This document shows, one piece after another, positions 8,452 through 16,987 of a stretch of DNA of 32,000 nt. Source of the stretch: Candidatus Brocadia sp. Its GTDB lineage: Bacteria > Planctomycetota > Brocadiia > Brocadiales > Brocadiaceae. A model generated the notes under the pieces. It did not search any database. It was not told the DNA's origin and saw only the letters and a program-made list of their open reading frames with translations. The translations under genes were made by a program, and so were the position numbers. The DNA lies in the NCBI GenBank assembly GCA_021650915.1, contig CP091279.1, positions 3,510,001-3,542,000 on the forward strand, read 5' to 3'. The first letter of the stretch is position 1, and the number at the start of each line of letters is the position of its first letter.

Positions 8452-9831
8452 TTAGTTTTCGGTGTCCGTGATCCCGTATTTCTGCATCTTATAGTTAAAA
8501 ATCCGGCGGGTGGTTCCAAGAAGTTTCGCTGCCTTTGATTTCACGCCACCAGATTGCTGAATGGCCTGTTCAATAAGCCGCTTTTCTACGCGTGCCACTT
8601 CGTCTTCCAAAGAGATTAGTCCCGTTTTATCCGATTTCACCTGCTGCAGATTCAGCGAGGAAACACCGGTGATCTCAACTGGCAGGTGTTTGTGAGTAAG
8701 AGCACCCTCGTTGCCGTAGAGCGCAACAGTTCTCTCCATGATATTCTTCAACTCCCTTACGTTTCCCGGCCAGTGATATCTTAATAACGCATCCATAGCT
8801 TCTTTTGAAATGCATTCCATTTTTGCGTGGCACTCTTTCCGGAAAACGTTAAAGAAGTGTTCCGCTAATTGTGGAATATCCTCGTATCGCTCACGGAGAG
8901 GCGGAAGATGGATTGGGACAACATTGATACGATAATAGAGATCTTCACGGAATCGGCTCTCCCGGATCATGGATTCCAAATCTTTATTTGTTGCGGCAAT
9001 AATGCGCACATCTGTCTTGATGACGGAATGACTCCCTAAACGAGAGAATTCTTTTTCCTGCAGAATACGCAGGAGCTTTGCCTGCAATGGAAGGTTTATC
9101 TCGCTAATTTCATCAAGAAATATGGTGCCGCCTTCGGCTATTTCAAACTTGCCGAGCCGTCTCTCATAGGCGCCGGTAAAAGATCCCTTCTCATGACCAA
9201 AAAGCTCCGCCTCGAGTAAGTCGCCTGCCAGGTTTGGACAACTTACCACGAGAAATGGGTTTTCCCGTCTGGCGCTGTAAAAATGGATTGCGCGTGCGAC
9301 TAATTCCTTGCCCGTTCCACTCTCCCCTCGCAAAAGAACGGTTGAATCAACCCGGGAGACCCTGGCGATGATATCCAGTATTTCCTCCATGATCCGGCTT
9401 CGTCCCTGGATGAGTTTGTCAAGTGAAGGGTATTTGTATTCCGAACGAAGATAACGCACTTCACGGCTGAGGTTTCGGAACTGCAATGCCTTTTCAATGG
9501 TTATCTTGATCTCCTCGACCCCGAAGGGCTTGACAATATAATCTAATGCGCCCAGCTTCATTGCATCGACACTAGCCTTAACGTCATTTACTGCAGTTAA
9601 CATGACGACTCCAAACGCATGATCGAATGGTTGTAACTTTCGCAGTAATTCCAAACCATTCAGCTCATGCATTTTTATATCGAGAAGGATAAGATCCACG
9701 TGTTCTTTTTCCAGTATCTTTAAGGCCTCTTTTCCACTGAGCGTGCTGAGTACCCGATAACTATCCTTTAAGATAAGCCGGAGGGATTCAACAACACTGG
9801 ATTCATCATCTACGAGCAATATTGTTTTCAT
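8452..9831 (-). CDS. NtrC-family sigma-54-dependent response regulator (REC, AAA+ activator, Fis-type HTH)
   Basis: REC motifs: ILLVDDE, DLILLDIKM, YIVKPF. AAA+ motifs: GESGTGKELVARAIH, GSFTGA loop, TIFLDEI. HTH: AAKLLGTTRRIFNYKMQKYGI. Confidence 0.95.
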   Translation of the reverse strand: MKTILLVDDESSVVESLRLILKDSYRVLSTLSGKEALKILEKEHVDLILLDIKMHELNGLELLRKLQPFDHAFGVVMLTAVNDVKASVDAMKLGALDYIVKPFGVEEIKITIEKALQFRNLSREVRYLRSEYKYPSLDKLIQGRSRIMEEILDIIARVSRVDSTVLLRGESGTGKELVARAIHFYSARRENPFLVVSCPNLAGDLLEAELFGHEKGSFTGAYERRLGKFEIAEGGTIFLDEISEINLPLQAKLLRILQEKEFSRLGSHSVIKTDVRIIAATNKDLESMIRESRFREDLYYRINVVPIHLPPLRERYEDIPQLAEHFFNVFRKECHAKMECISKEAMDALLRYHWPGNVRELKNIMERTVALYGNEGALTHKHLPVEITGVSSLNLQQVKSDKTGLISLEDEVARVEKRLIEQAIQQSGGVKSKAAKLLGTTRRIFNYKMQKYGITDTEN

Positions 9832-9924
9832 AGAAGATTAAAATAAACCAGAAAGCCAGACGTTTTTTTCCTTTATTCACTATACCCTTAACTTTAAACG
9901 ACACCCTGATCCACAGGATTAATG

Positions 9925-9948
9925 GTTTATTTCTGTACAGAAATAAAC
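9925..9948. promoter_or_regulatory. Perfect 24-bp palindrome GTTTATTTCTGT|ACAGAAATAAAC in the spacer upstream of the sigma-54 activator gene
   Basis: Read directly from the sequence. It lies 94-117 nt upstream of the ATG at 9831 and about 135 nt downstream of the preceding stop. No U-tract follows on either strand, so it is not a classical terminator. Confidence 0.4.
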
Positions 9949-10044
9949 GCGATTCGATTGTTCTTATAGAGGGACCGCCATTGTTTGTAACAAGTTTTGA
10001 TGATACGAACCGCCCTTAGAAACTTCTGTTGCGAAGGACTTCCT

Positions 10045-10053
10045 GGGGGGGGG
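10045..10053. repeat. G9 (C9 on the coding strand) homopolymer tract
   Basis: tcctGGGGGGGGGaaag read directly. It lies 29 nt downstream of the REC-GAF-PAS stop (10082). It is the longest G/C run I noticed while reading. Confidence 0.9.
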
Positions 10054-10081
10054 AAAGTTTTCCTCATATGAGATTTGAGAC

Positions 10082-11536
10082 TCAACCTGGCTGAGCAACA
10101 AGCATTTTGCCCAACTCCGTACCAATACCGGATGGGGATGTTCGACTTTCCAACTGCTTGAGTTTCTTCTCAAACTCTGCAACGGTACTTAAACTCGATT
10201 GTAATTTCCTGATTTCACTTATGTCTGAAAATATCATAACCGCCCCTATTTCGCCGCTGGTATCGAAAAAAGAAGTACTTACAGAATATGTTAAATGAGT
10301 GGTCGGATGCACCACTTCGCGCATCTCGTATGTTTTTTTGTCTTTTAGCGTTCTTAAAATAATATCAGTAAACAGAGAACCAATGTGCTTTACATCTTTT
10401 CCAAGGATATCGTGAGAACTCATATCAAGCATCTTTGCGGCATTTTTGTTAAAGGCATTAATCCTGCCATTGCTGTTTATAGCGATTACACCGCACGGGA
10501 TATTTTCTAACAGATTTTCGTTCAGAATTTTCCGATGATTTGCCTCCCGGTACAGAAAGGCATTCTCGACCGCCATACCTATATACCCTGCCAGCATGGA
10601 GAGCAATTCGATATCTTCATCAAAGAAGACCTTTCCGGTAATTTTGTTCCCTAAAGTGATTACACTGCTGAGGCTTCCGTAAGCCAAGACGGGGATGCAT
10701 AAGTGGGCTTGTAGCAGATTGATTTCCCGCTGTATATCTATGGCTTCACGGATACTTAAGGTATTACATGCAACCTTCTTTTCTATAACGTCTTTTGTTA
10801 ATATTTGATGGTTTTTCGTTAACCAGAGCATGATGCCATGATTATTATTAAAACAGATTTTTTTGGCAACGGACTCGTCCAGGCCTAAATACCGATACGG
10901 TCGGCTAACCCCTTCCTTTTTGTAGACCAGGGTAAAAACTACCTTTCCCACACCAAATATTTCTGACATTGCTTCAACGGTCAGGTCTGCAAGTTTTCCG
11001 AGATCCTGGACTCGCGCCAATACCTTTGAAAATTTTTGGAAGACCTCCTTATATTTAAGATTAATCTCTCCTGCGTTTGGCTGCCTGTTCATTGCCGGTT
11101 CTGACATACCAAGACCTTGCTTTGCCGGTTGTAAGTTTTTTATGTGAGACTGCATAAAACCCAGTTCTTTTTTCAACGATTGCTTTTCCAATGCCCGCTT
11201 TGATGCATGTTCTATAGCATCGTTCGTTAATGGTTTCTCAAGCAGCTCATACGTACCTATCCTTAAGGCATCCCCGGACATTGCTGGCTGAGACTCCGGG
11301 ATTATCAGCACGATGGTTGGATCTATATTGACTTGCCTGAATTTCTCCAGGAGCCTGGTTGCCCCTTCGTTATGTAATAGGGAATCGATAAAAGTTATAT
11401 CAACGTCCTTGTTAAACAAGATTTCAAGCGCATCATCAGGAGTCTTTGCGTAGTGAATTACATAGTCTCCATTTAAAGATTTTTTAAAAAGGTTGGTAAC
11501 AGACGTATCGTCCGAGACTATCAAAATAGAGTACAT
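10082..11536 (-). CDS. Receiver-GAF-PAS signalling protein with no recognisable output domain
   Basis: REC motifs: ILIVSDD, ITFIDSLL, LLEKPL. These are followed by a coiled linker, a GAF-like region (LCIPVLAYGSLSSVITLGNK) and a PAS core (IPCGVIAINSNGRINAFNKNAAKMLDM) resembling that of the kinase at 2745-5312. The protein ends after an S-helix-like EIRKLQ segment with no H-box. AGGAG lies upstream of the ATG. Confidence 0.75.
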   Translation of the reverse strand: MYSILIVSDDTSVTNLFKKSLNGDYVIHYAKTPDDALEILFNKDVDITFIDSLLHNEGATRLLEKFRQVNIDPTIVLIIPESQPAMSGDALRIGTYELLEKPLTNDAIEHASKRALEKQSLKKELGFMQSHIKNLQPAKQGLGMSEPAMNRQPNAGEINLKYKEVFQKFSKVLARVQDLGKLADLTVEAMSEIFGVGKVVFTLVYKKEGVSRPYRYLGLDESVAKKICFNNNHGIMLWLTKNHQILTKDVIEKKVACNTLSIREAIDIQREINLLQAHLCIPVLAYGSLSSVITLGNKITGKVFFDEDIELLSMLAGYIGMAVENAFLYREANHRKILNENLLENIPCGVIAINSNGRINAFNKNAAKMLDMSSHDILGKDVKHIGSLFTDIILRTLKDKKTYEMREVVHPTTHLTYSVSTSFFDTSGEIGAVMIFSDISEIRKLQSSLSTVAEFEKKLKQLESRTSPSGIGTELGKMLVAQPG

Positions 11537-11649
11537 AACTATCTCCTTTCTAAAAAATCCCTCAGCTACGAAAAATGATGATTACCTAGACATATTTGTA
11601 AGTTTTAGAATTAATAGAAATATAATCGGCTGAACAATTATGACCACAG

Positions 11650-11665
11650 CGCAATTTAAATACCA
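11650..11665 (-). promoter_or_regulatory. Candidate sigma-54 (-24/-12) promoter for the REC-GAF-PAS / activator / rSAM / KAS / kinase string
   Basis: The minus strand reads TGGTATTTAAATTGCG. GG and GC are separated by exactly 10 nt, as in the consensus TGGCAC-N5-TTGC. It lies about 115 nt upstream of the ATG at 11536. Confidence 0.35.
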
Positions 11666-12101
11666 AATATTCACTAAATATGGCACTAAGCATGTTAAGT
11701 ATCGTATTTATTAATACTTACTATAGCTGTGCTATCGAACAAAAAACCTAAATCAAATATACCGAGGGAAATATGTTCATTTTTTCGGCATATTCTGTTG
11801 CAATATGTCTCTTTTTTGGGTATAAGGTTACAAAAATAGCCACCGCAGTTCATGATCTTGAAATAGCGAAAAAGGGAGGAAAATGATCATTTTTGTAAAT
11901 TATATAACACTCAAATTTTCTGGTACATGAACAAGTATGTACATGAAGCAATGATTTCCATGGGAGGAGACGGCAGGATGAAACAATATTGTAAATGTAT
12001 TTTTTTGAGAGGAAAGACATTTTTTTAATTTTGCAAATATTGTTATTACCTGAGAAATCAAAATAAGTTACAGATGTCTATTATTTTTTTCCCCTTTGAT
12101 T

Positions 12102-12117
12102 TGGCACAAAAAATGTT
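12102..12117 (+). promoter_or_regulatory. Weak sigma-54-like element upstream of the HD-GYP regulator gene
   Basis: TGGCAC-AAAAA-ATGTT ends about 30 nt before the ATG at 12146. The -24 half is perfect, but the -12 element has GT instead of the conserved GC. A near-identical TGGCAC-TAAGC-ATGTT sits at 11681-11696. Confidence 0.2.
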
Positions 12118-12145
12118 CTCTAAATATGCCTTTGAGGACTAGGGT

Positions 12146-13180
12146 ATGGAACAAATCACGAAATTGGCAAGCATTTTGGTAATCGACGACGACCTTGGCG
12201 TTAGGGAATCATTAAAGATCATACTAAGGGACAAATATCAGGTTTCCACTACATCAAATATTGATGAAGCCCTTGCCAGTATGACTATCGCAAGGCCAGA
12301 AATAATCTTCCTTGATATAAAGATGCCCAAAGCAAACGGTCTGGATTTTCTCAAGCAGTTGCGCTCCACGAACACGAATATTCCCGTCATCATGATTACG
12401 GCACATCCTTCCATTGAAAACACCATCATCTCCTTACGAAATGGCGCATTTGATTTTATTGTGAAGCCTTTCCACCCGGCAGAAATCCTTACGGTAGCTG
12501 AAAAAGCATTGCGCCATAGCAACGAACAGTGGGAAAAAGACATGCTGGTGGATAATCTGAGGCGGGCGGCACAACAAAATTTTCTCTCAACTACCGAAGC
12601 GCTTTTGCAAGCCATAGATGCGAAGGACGCTTATACTGCCGGACACTCGAAACGGGTGTCGGAACTTGCCGCTTTTGTCGCAAAAGAATTGGGCAAAAAC
12701 GAGTCAGAAATTGAAGTCCTGCGATATGGCGCCTATCTCCATGATATCGGGAAAATCGGGGTAGGCGATCTCGTGTTGACAAAACCAAGTTACCTTACTC
12801 AGGAAGAATTTGGTTTAATGAAACGTCATTCCGAGATTGGTTATAAAATTATTGCGCCAATAAAATTTATGGAAAAATGTCTGCCTATCGTGCGTCATCA
12901 TCACGAATGGTACAATGGCAAAGGTTATCCGGATGGTTTGCAGGGATCTGACATTCCCTTTGAAGCCAGCATTCTTTCAATCGTAGATGCGTATGATGCC
13001 ATCACCACGGACAGGCATTATCATAAAAAATATTCTCATCAAAAAGCCTGTGAAATTATTACCCAGGGAATAGATACCCAATTTACGCCAACCCTGACGG
13101 AAAAGGTACTCGCCATTATTAATCGATATCATGAAGAATGCATACCGGGTGAACGGACAGAATACTCTCTAACACGCTGA
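12146..13180 (+). CDS. Response regulator with HD-GYP domain (c-di-GMP phosphodiesterase, RpfG type)
   Basis: REC motifs: ILVIDDD, IIFLDIKMP, FIVKPF. HD-GYP motifs: HSKRVSELA, YLHDIGKIGV, HHEWYNGKGYPDGL. Confidence 0.9.
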   Translation: MEQITKLASILVIDDDLGVRESLKIILRDKYQVSTTSNIDEALASMTIARPEIIFLDIKMPKANGLDFLKQLRSTNTNIPVIMITAHPSIENTIISLRNGAFDFIVKPFHPAEILTVAEKALRHSNEQWEKDMLVDNLRRAAQQNFLSTTEALLQAIDAKDAYTAGHSKRVSELAAFVAKELGKNESEIEVLRYGAYLHDIGKIGVGDLVLTKPSYLTQEEFGLMKRHSEIGYKIIAPIKFMEKCLPIVRHHHEWYNGKGYPDGLQGSDIPFEASILSIVDAYDAITTDRHYHKKYSHQKACEIITQGIDTQFTPTLTEKVLAIINRYHEECIPGERTEYSLTR

Positions 13181-13198
13181 AAAACAATTGTTTTCAGC
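13176..13198. terminator. Possible bidirectional hairpin between the convergent HD-GYP and cinA genes
   Basis: GCTGAAAA(A)C-AATT-GTTTTCAGC forms a 9-bp AT-rich stem overlapping the TGA at 13178-13180. There is no clear U-tract. Confidence 0.3.
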
Positions 13199-13264
13199 TC
13201 CGATCATGATCACAGAATCCTTCCACGATACGATTAGCTGTAATTTGTCTCCCCTTTTTCCCTT

Positions 13265-14509
13265 TTATATAACAGCAAGCAAGGTGAGGCGCACCATATC
13301 TAATGCGGTATTTGCTGAGAAATTCTTGACATCCGTCCTGGAACCGCGAAACCGGCATTTCTTCATCCGAACACGACCCTGTTCTGCTACCGCAAGGTAA
13401 ACCAATCCTACCGGTTTTCCCGGTGTTGCACCCGTAGGACCAGCAATTCCCGTAATGCCAACGCCAATATCAGCTGAAGCCTTCTTTTTTATTCCCGTGG
13501 CCATTGCTTTCGCCACTGGCGAACTTACCGCGCCATGCTTCATGATAAGTTTTTCCGGAACGCCAAGCATGTCCACCTTCGCCTTATTACTATAAGCAAC
13601 AACACCCTGGAAAAAGACCTGAGAAATGCCAGAAATATTGGTGAGTTTATCCGAAACCAGTCCGCCGGTACATGATTCCGCAACGGCAATCGTTTTGTTC
13701 CTTTTTTTCAGAAGCGCAAAAACGGCGTCTTCAAGCGTTTCCTCACCTGACCCAAATACTGCGTATCCCAATTTCTTTTGAAGTTTCCGTTCCATGGTAT
13801 CTAACATCTTAACGGCTTTATTTCTTTCGGTGGCAGTTGCATGGATATGTATCGTTACCACTCCGTTGTGTACCAGCGTTATCGCCTTCAAGTGCTCTGC
13901 GCATGCCCGGCAATCCTTGACGGCGTCTTCGACCGTTCGCTCAGAAACACCGAAGGTGTGCACATTTTTTGTTAACGAACATCCTTTCCTAGTCCTGTGC
14001 CGTGCAGAAGTTTCCAGATACTTGTTCAACATCGATTGCATTTCTCCGGGGACTCCGGGCAAACAGACGAGTTCTTTTTCCGCATGACGAACGGCAAACC
14101 CGGTCGCCGTTCCCTGGTCATTATCAAGCGCTGCCGCCCCTTCAGGAATGAGGTGCTGCCGCCGGTATTCATCCTTCCTGCTCGCATGCCGGTTCGTAAA
14201 ATATTTTTGAAGGTGCATAGATGATTCTCTGTCAGGTACCAAAGGCATGCGGAAAAAATCTGATACCGCTTGCCGGGTTACGTCATTTGCCGTAGCGCCC
14301 AACCCCCCCGTGGTAATAATCAACCTCACCCGATCGCTCGCGACTTTCAGGGCAGATTTCAGCGCCTCCTGATCATCGCCAACCGACGTCTGAAAGAGCA
14401 CCCGGATTCCTTTTTCAGTTAAGATTTCTGCAATATACCGTGCATTTGCATTGATAATCTGCCCGGTCATAATTTCCGTCCCTATCGTTATAATCTCTGC
14501 TGGTGTCAT
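13265..14509 (-). CDS. cinA: CinA-family protein (MoCF-type N-domain plus nicotinamide-nucleotide amidase PncC-like C-domain)
   Basis: MTPAEIITIGTEIMTGQIINANARYIAE...IITTGGLG at the N-terminus. C-terminal motifs AVAESCTGG and GITGIAGP. I chose the internal Met (aa 24 of the track ORF) as the start, which removes the overlap with uvrC. Confidence 0.9.
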   Translation of the reverse strand: MTPAEIITIGTEIMTGQIINANARYIAEILTEKGIRVLFQTSVGDDQEALKSALKVASDRVRLIITTGGLGATANDVTRQAVSDFFRMPLVPDRESSMHLQKYFTNRHASRKDEYRRQHLIPEGAAALDNDQGTATGFAVRHAEKELVCLPGVPGEMQSMLNKYLETSARHRTRKGCSLTKNVHTFGVSERTVEDAVKDCRACAEHLKAITLVHNGVVTIHIHATATERNKAVKMLDTMERKLQKKLGYAVFGSGEETLEDAVFALLKKRNKTIAVAESCTGGLVSDKLTNISGISQVFFQGVVAYSNKAKVDMLGVPEKLIMKHGAVSSPVAKAMATGIKKKASADIGVGITGIAGPTGATPGKPVGLVYLAVAEQGRVRMKKCRFRGSRTDVKNFSANTALDMVRLTLLAVI

Positions 14510-14568
14510 ATCATCCTCAATCTTTTCCCTGCCGCACACGCCTGCCCAATGCGCAGGTTCATTCGCGT

Positions 14569-16428
14569 TCATTCGCACTGATTTGCCGCCTCAGCAATTG
14601 ACGTCTCTGCCTTATGCAGAGAATGAAATATCTCCGCTGCGTACTTTGCCGGCAGCTTGCCAATTTCAGCCAATTGCTCGATCGTGGCGTTTCGTATTCC
14701 CTCAATGCTGCCAAAGCATTTAATAAGTTTCTTTTTACGCGCAATTCCAATCCCGGGGATTTCGTCAAGCGGTGACGTGTAATACTCCCTGTGGCGGAGC
14801 TTCCTGTGATAGGCAATGGCAAACCGGTGCGCCTCATCACGTATCTTGTCAAGAAATAAGAGTTCCGGCGAAGACGGCGACAGCGCCACAGGATCCTGCA
14901 TCCAGGGCGCAAAGATCTGTTCTCCGGCCTTTTCCCCCAATATAGGGTTTTCCTTTTTCCCTTTGGCCAATGCAATTAAGTCAACATTACCGATCGCCAA
15001 CTCGTCAAATATTTTTAAGGCCACTCCCATCTGGCCCTTGCCGCCATCCACCATAATCAGATTTGGCAAATCATCTTCTTGCACTGCCCGTGTATATCTG
15101 CGGGTGAGCACTTCGCGCATCATCGCGTAATCATCGATTTGTCCTACCGTCTTGATCCTGAATCTTCTATACCGGGCTTTATTCGGTTTTCCCTTTTCAA
15201 ACGTTATCATGGAACCCACTGCCTGCTTGCCAGAGATGTTTGAGATATCAAAACATTCGATACGCTCTGGTATATGCCGGAGACCGAGGGTCTCTTTCAG
15301 CGACACCAGCGTCCTTGCCAGATCTCCTTCGTATGTTTGAGACACGCGGCAGGCGTTCTCGGCATTCTTTTGCGCCATTTCAACCAGCCGCACCTTGTCC
15401 CCGCGTTTCGGGTTTATGACCACCACCTTTTTCCCCTTCTTTTCCGCAAGCCATTCTTCAAGCAGCCGTGAATCTGCAGATTCCACAGGGGTAATTACCT
15501 CTGCAGGGATAAATCTCGTCTGGCTGTAAAACTGGTTCAGGAATGACCGAAATACCTCTTCAATGGTATTATGGTTTGTGGGAAAGTGATACGAAGCGAT
15601 ATCCTCCATATTCCCTGACCGGATAAACATAACCTCGATCCACATCTCATTGCCAGCCAGGTAATAGCCAAAGACATCGCGGTCAACAAAGGTCATGGAA
15701 TGGATTTTCTGCTTTTCCACTGTTTCTTCAATAGCCCGGATACGGTCCCGAATCTTTGCCGCCTTTTCATAGCGCAGCGCCTTTGATTCTTCGAGCATCT
15801 GCTCTTTTAATACCGTGAGGAGGTCTTCCTGTTTGCCCTTCAGAATAAGTTCTACCTGATCTATCAGCCCCCGATACGTAACTTCATCCACCAGATCGCA
15901 GCACGGGCCAAGACATTTATGAATCTGATAATAAAGACACGGTTTTACCCTTTTTTTGAATACCGTGTCGGGGCATTTGCGGATAGGAATGATGTCATGA
16001 ATGTACCGTAATGTCTCTCTCACCGCCCTGGCTGAGGCGTACGGACCAAAATACCTTGCGCCATCATTCTCAATCTGTCTAACCACCTTGGGGTAAGGAA
16101 ATTTGGTATTAACTTCCAGTTTTATGCTTATGAAGGTCTTATCATCGCGCAGATTAATATTAAACCTTGGCTTGAATTGCTTGATCAGGTTATTTTCAAG
16201 AATGAGCGCCTCTTTCTCGGTTTCCGTAAGTACAAAGTCGATGTCGGCAACATGTCGCACCAGATATTCCGTATATGCCCGGTCATCCCTTTCCCTCTGG
16301 AAATAGCTTCTTACCCGATGCCTGAGATTCTTGGCCTTGCCAACATAAATCACCTTATGCTTGGCGTTCTTCATGAGATAAACGCCTGGCGAATCCGGAA
16401 GATTTTTCAGTTTATTGGTTAGTTTCAT
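14569..16428 (-). CDS. uvrC: Excinuclease ABC subunit C
   Basis: GIY-YIG N-terminus (LPDSPGVYLMKNAKHKVIYVGKAKNLRHRVRSYF). UvrC endonuclease region. C-terminal HhH (IPGIGIARKKKLIKCFGSIEGIRNATIEQL). The start is taken at MKLTNKLK, Met16 of the track ORF. Confidence 0.95.
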   Translation of the reverse strand: MKLTNKLKNLPDSPGVYLMKNAKHKVIYVGKAKNLRHRVRSYFQRERDDRAYTEYLVRHVADIDFVLTETEKEALILENNLIKQFKPRFNINLRDDKTFISIKLEVNTKFPYPKVVRQIENDGARYFGPYASARAVRETLRYIHDIIPIRKCPDTVFKKRVKPCLYYQIHKCLGPCCDLVDEVTYRGLIDQVELILKGKQEDLLTVLKEQMLEESKALRYEKAAKIRDRIRAIEETVEKQKIHSMTFVDRDVFGYYLAGNEMWIEVMFIRSGNMEDIASYHFPTNHNTIEEVFRSFLNQFYSQTRFIPAEVITPVESADSRLLEEWLAEKKGKKVVVINPKRGDKVRLVEMAQKNAENACRVSQTYEGDLARTLVSLKETLGLRHIPERIECFDISNISGKQAVGSMITFEKGKPNKARYRRFRIKTVGQIDDYAMMREVLTRRYTRAVQEDDLPNLIMVDGGKGQMGVALKIFDELAIGNVDLIALAKGKKENPILGEKAGEQIFAPWMQDPVALSPSSPELLFLDKIRDEAHRFAIAYHRKLRHREYYTSPLDEIPGIGIARKKKLIKCFGSIEGIRNATIEQLAEIGKLPAKYAAEIFHSLHKAETSIAEAANQCE

Positions 16429-16909
16429 AACGAGGCGCAGCCGCAACCTGGTTCCCCTTACAAAGGCTGCCACTAAGTCCCACTTAGAAAAAGGAGCGAA
16501 GGGGGTTGTAAAAAAACTTGGAAAAAAAGAAAGATTTTAGAGGGTAACCATCCTTGAGCAGAAGACTCACAAAAGAGCGTAAAAACAGGTATTTTACCAA
16601 TGCTACAGAGCAATTTCCATGTCGTTTTAAGCTTTTTTGCCCATGCAATATCCACTTGATTCTATCAGTATTTTCAAGGCATACAAGAAAAATCATTTCC
16701 TGTAACTGCTTACCATAATTCTCTTATATTGCCTTTAAAGACAATGCAGGGAAGGGCTATTCAAATAACCAAATGTCATGCTCTTTAAGATACAGGAATC
16801 AGGATTTTTTTGAGATTTTAGATAACCACGGATAATCTGATCCATTCTCTTATCTTCAATCATGAAGATTGTTGTTGACACAAGGTTATACAGTGGACAA
16901 CGATTTTTC

Positions 16910-16937
16910 TTGACAATTTATTGCGCCATACTACAAT
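16910..16937 (+). promoter_or_regulatory. Sigma-70-type promoter for the TPR lipoprotein gene
   Basis: TTGACA (16910-16915), 16-nt spacer, TACAAT (16932-16937), about 50 nt upstream of the ATG at 16988. Confidence 0.5.
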
Positions 16938-16987
16938 GCTTTCTGTTTATTAAATCATAAACATTTTGATACATACCGGGAATAAAT

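Noticed and set aside
9964-10182. 72-aa minus-strand ORF spanning the C9 tract
   Set aside because: It overlaps the 3' end of the REC-GAF-PAS gene in another frame and has no motifs. The PPP stretch simply reflects the homopolymer. I also checked whether a frameshift there would extend REC-GAF-PAS into a kinase transmitter, and no H-box is encoded in any frame.
14510-14578. N-terminal extensions in the ORF track (cinA to 14578, uvrC to 16473, ilvH to 21191, GNAT to 19473 and 1378, grx-like to 22946, trpF from 25565)
   Set aside because: The extensions are non-homologous, often overlap the neighbouring gene, and internal Met codons coincide with the conserved family N-termini. Shorter coordinates are used.
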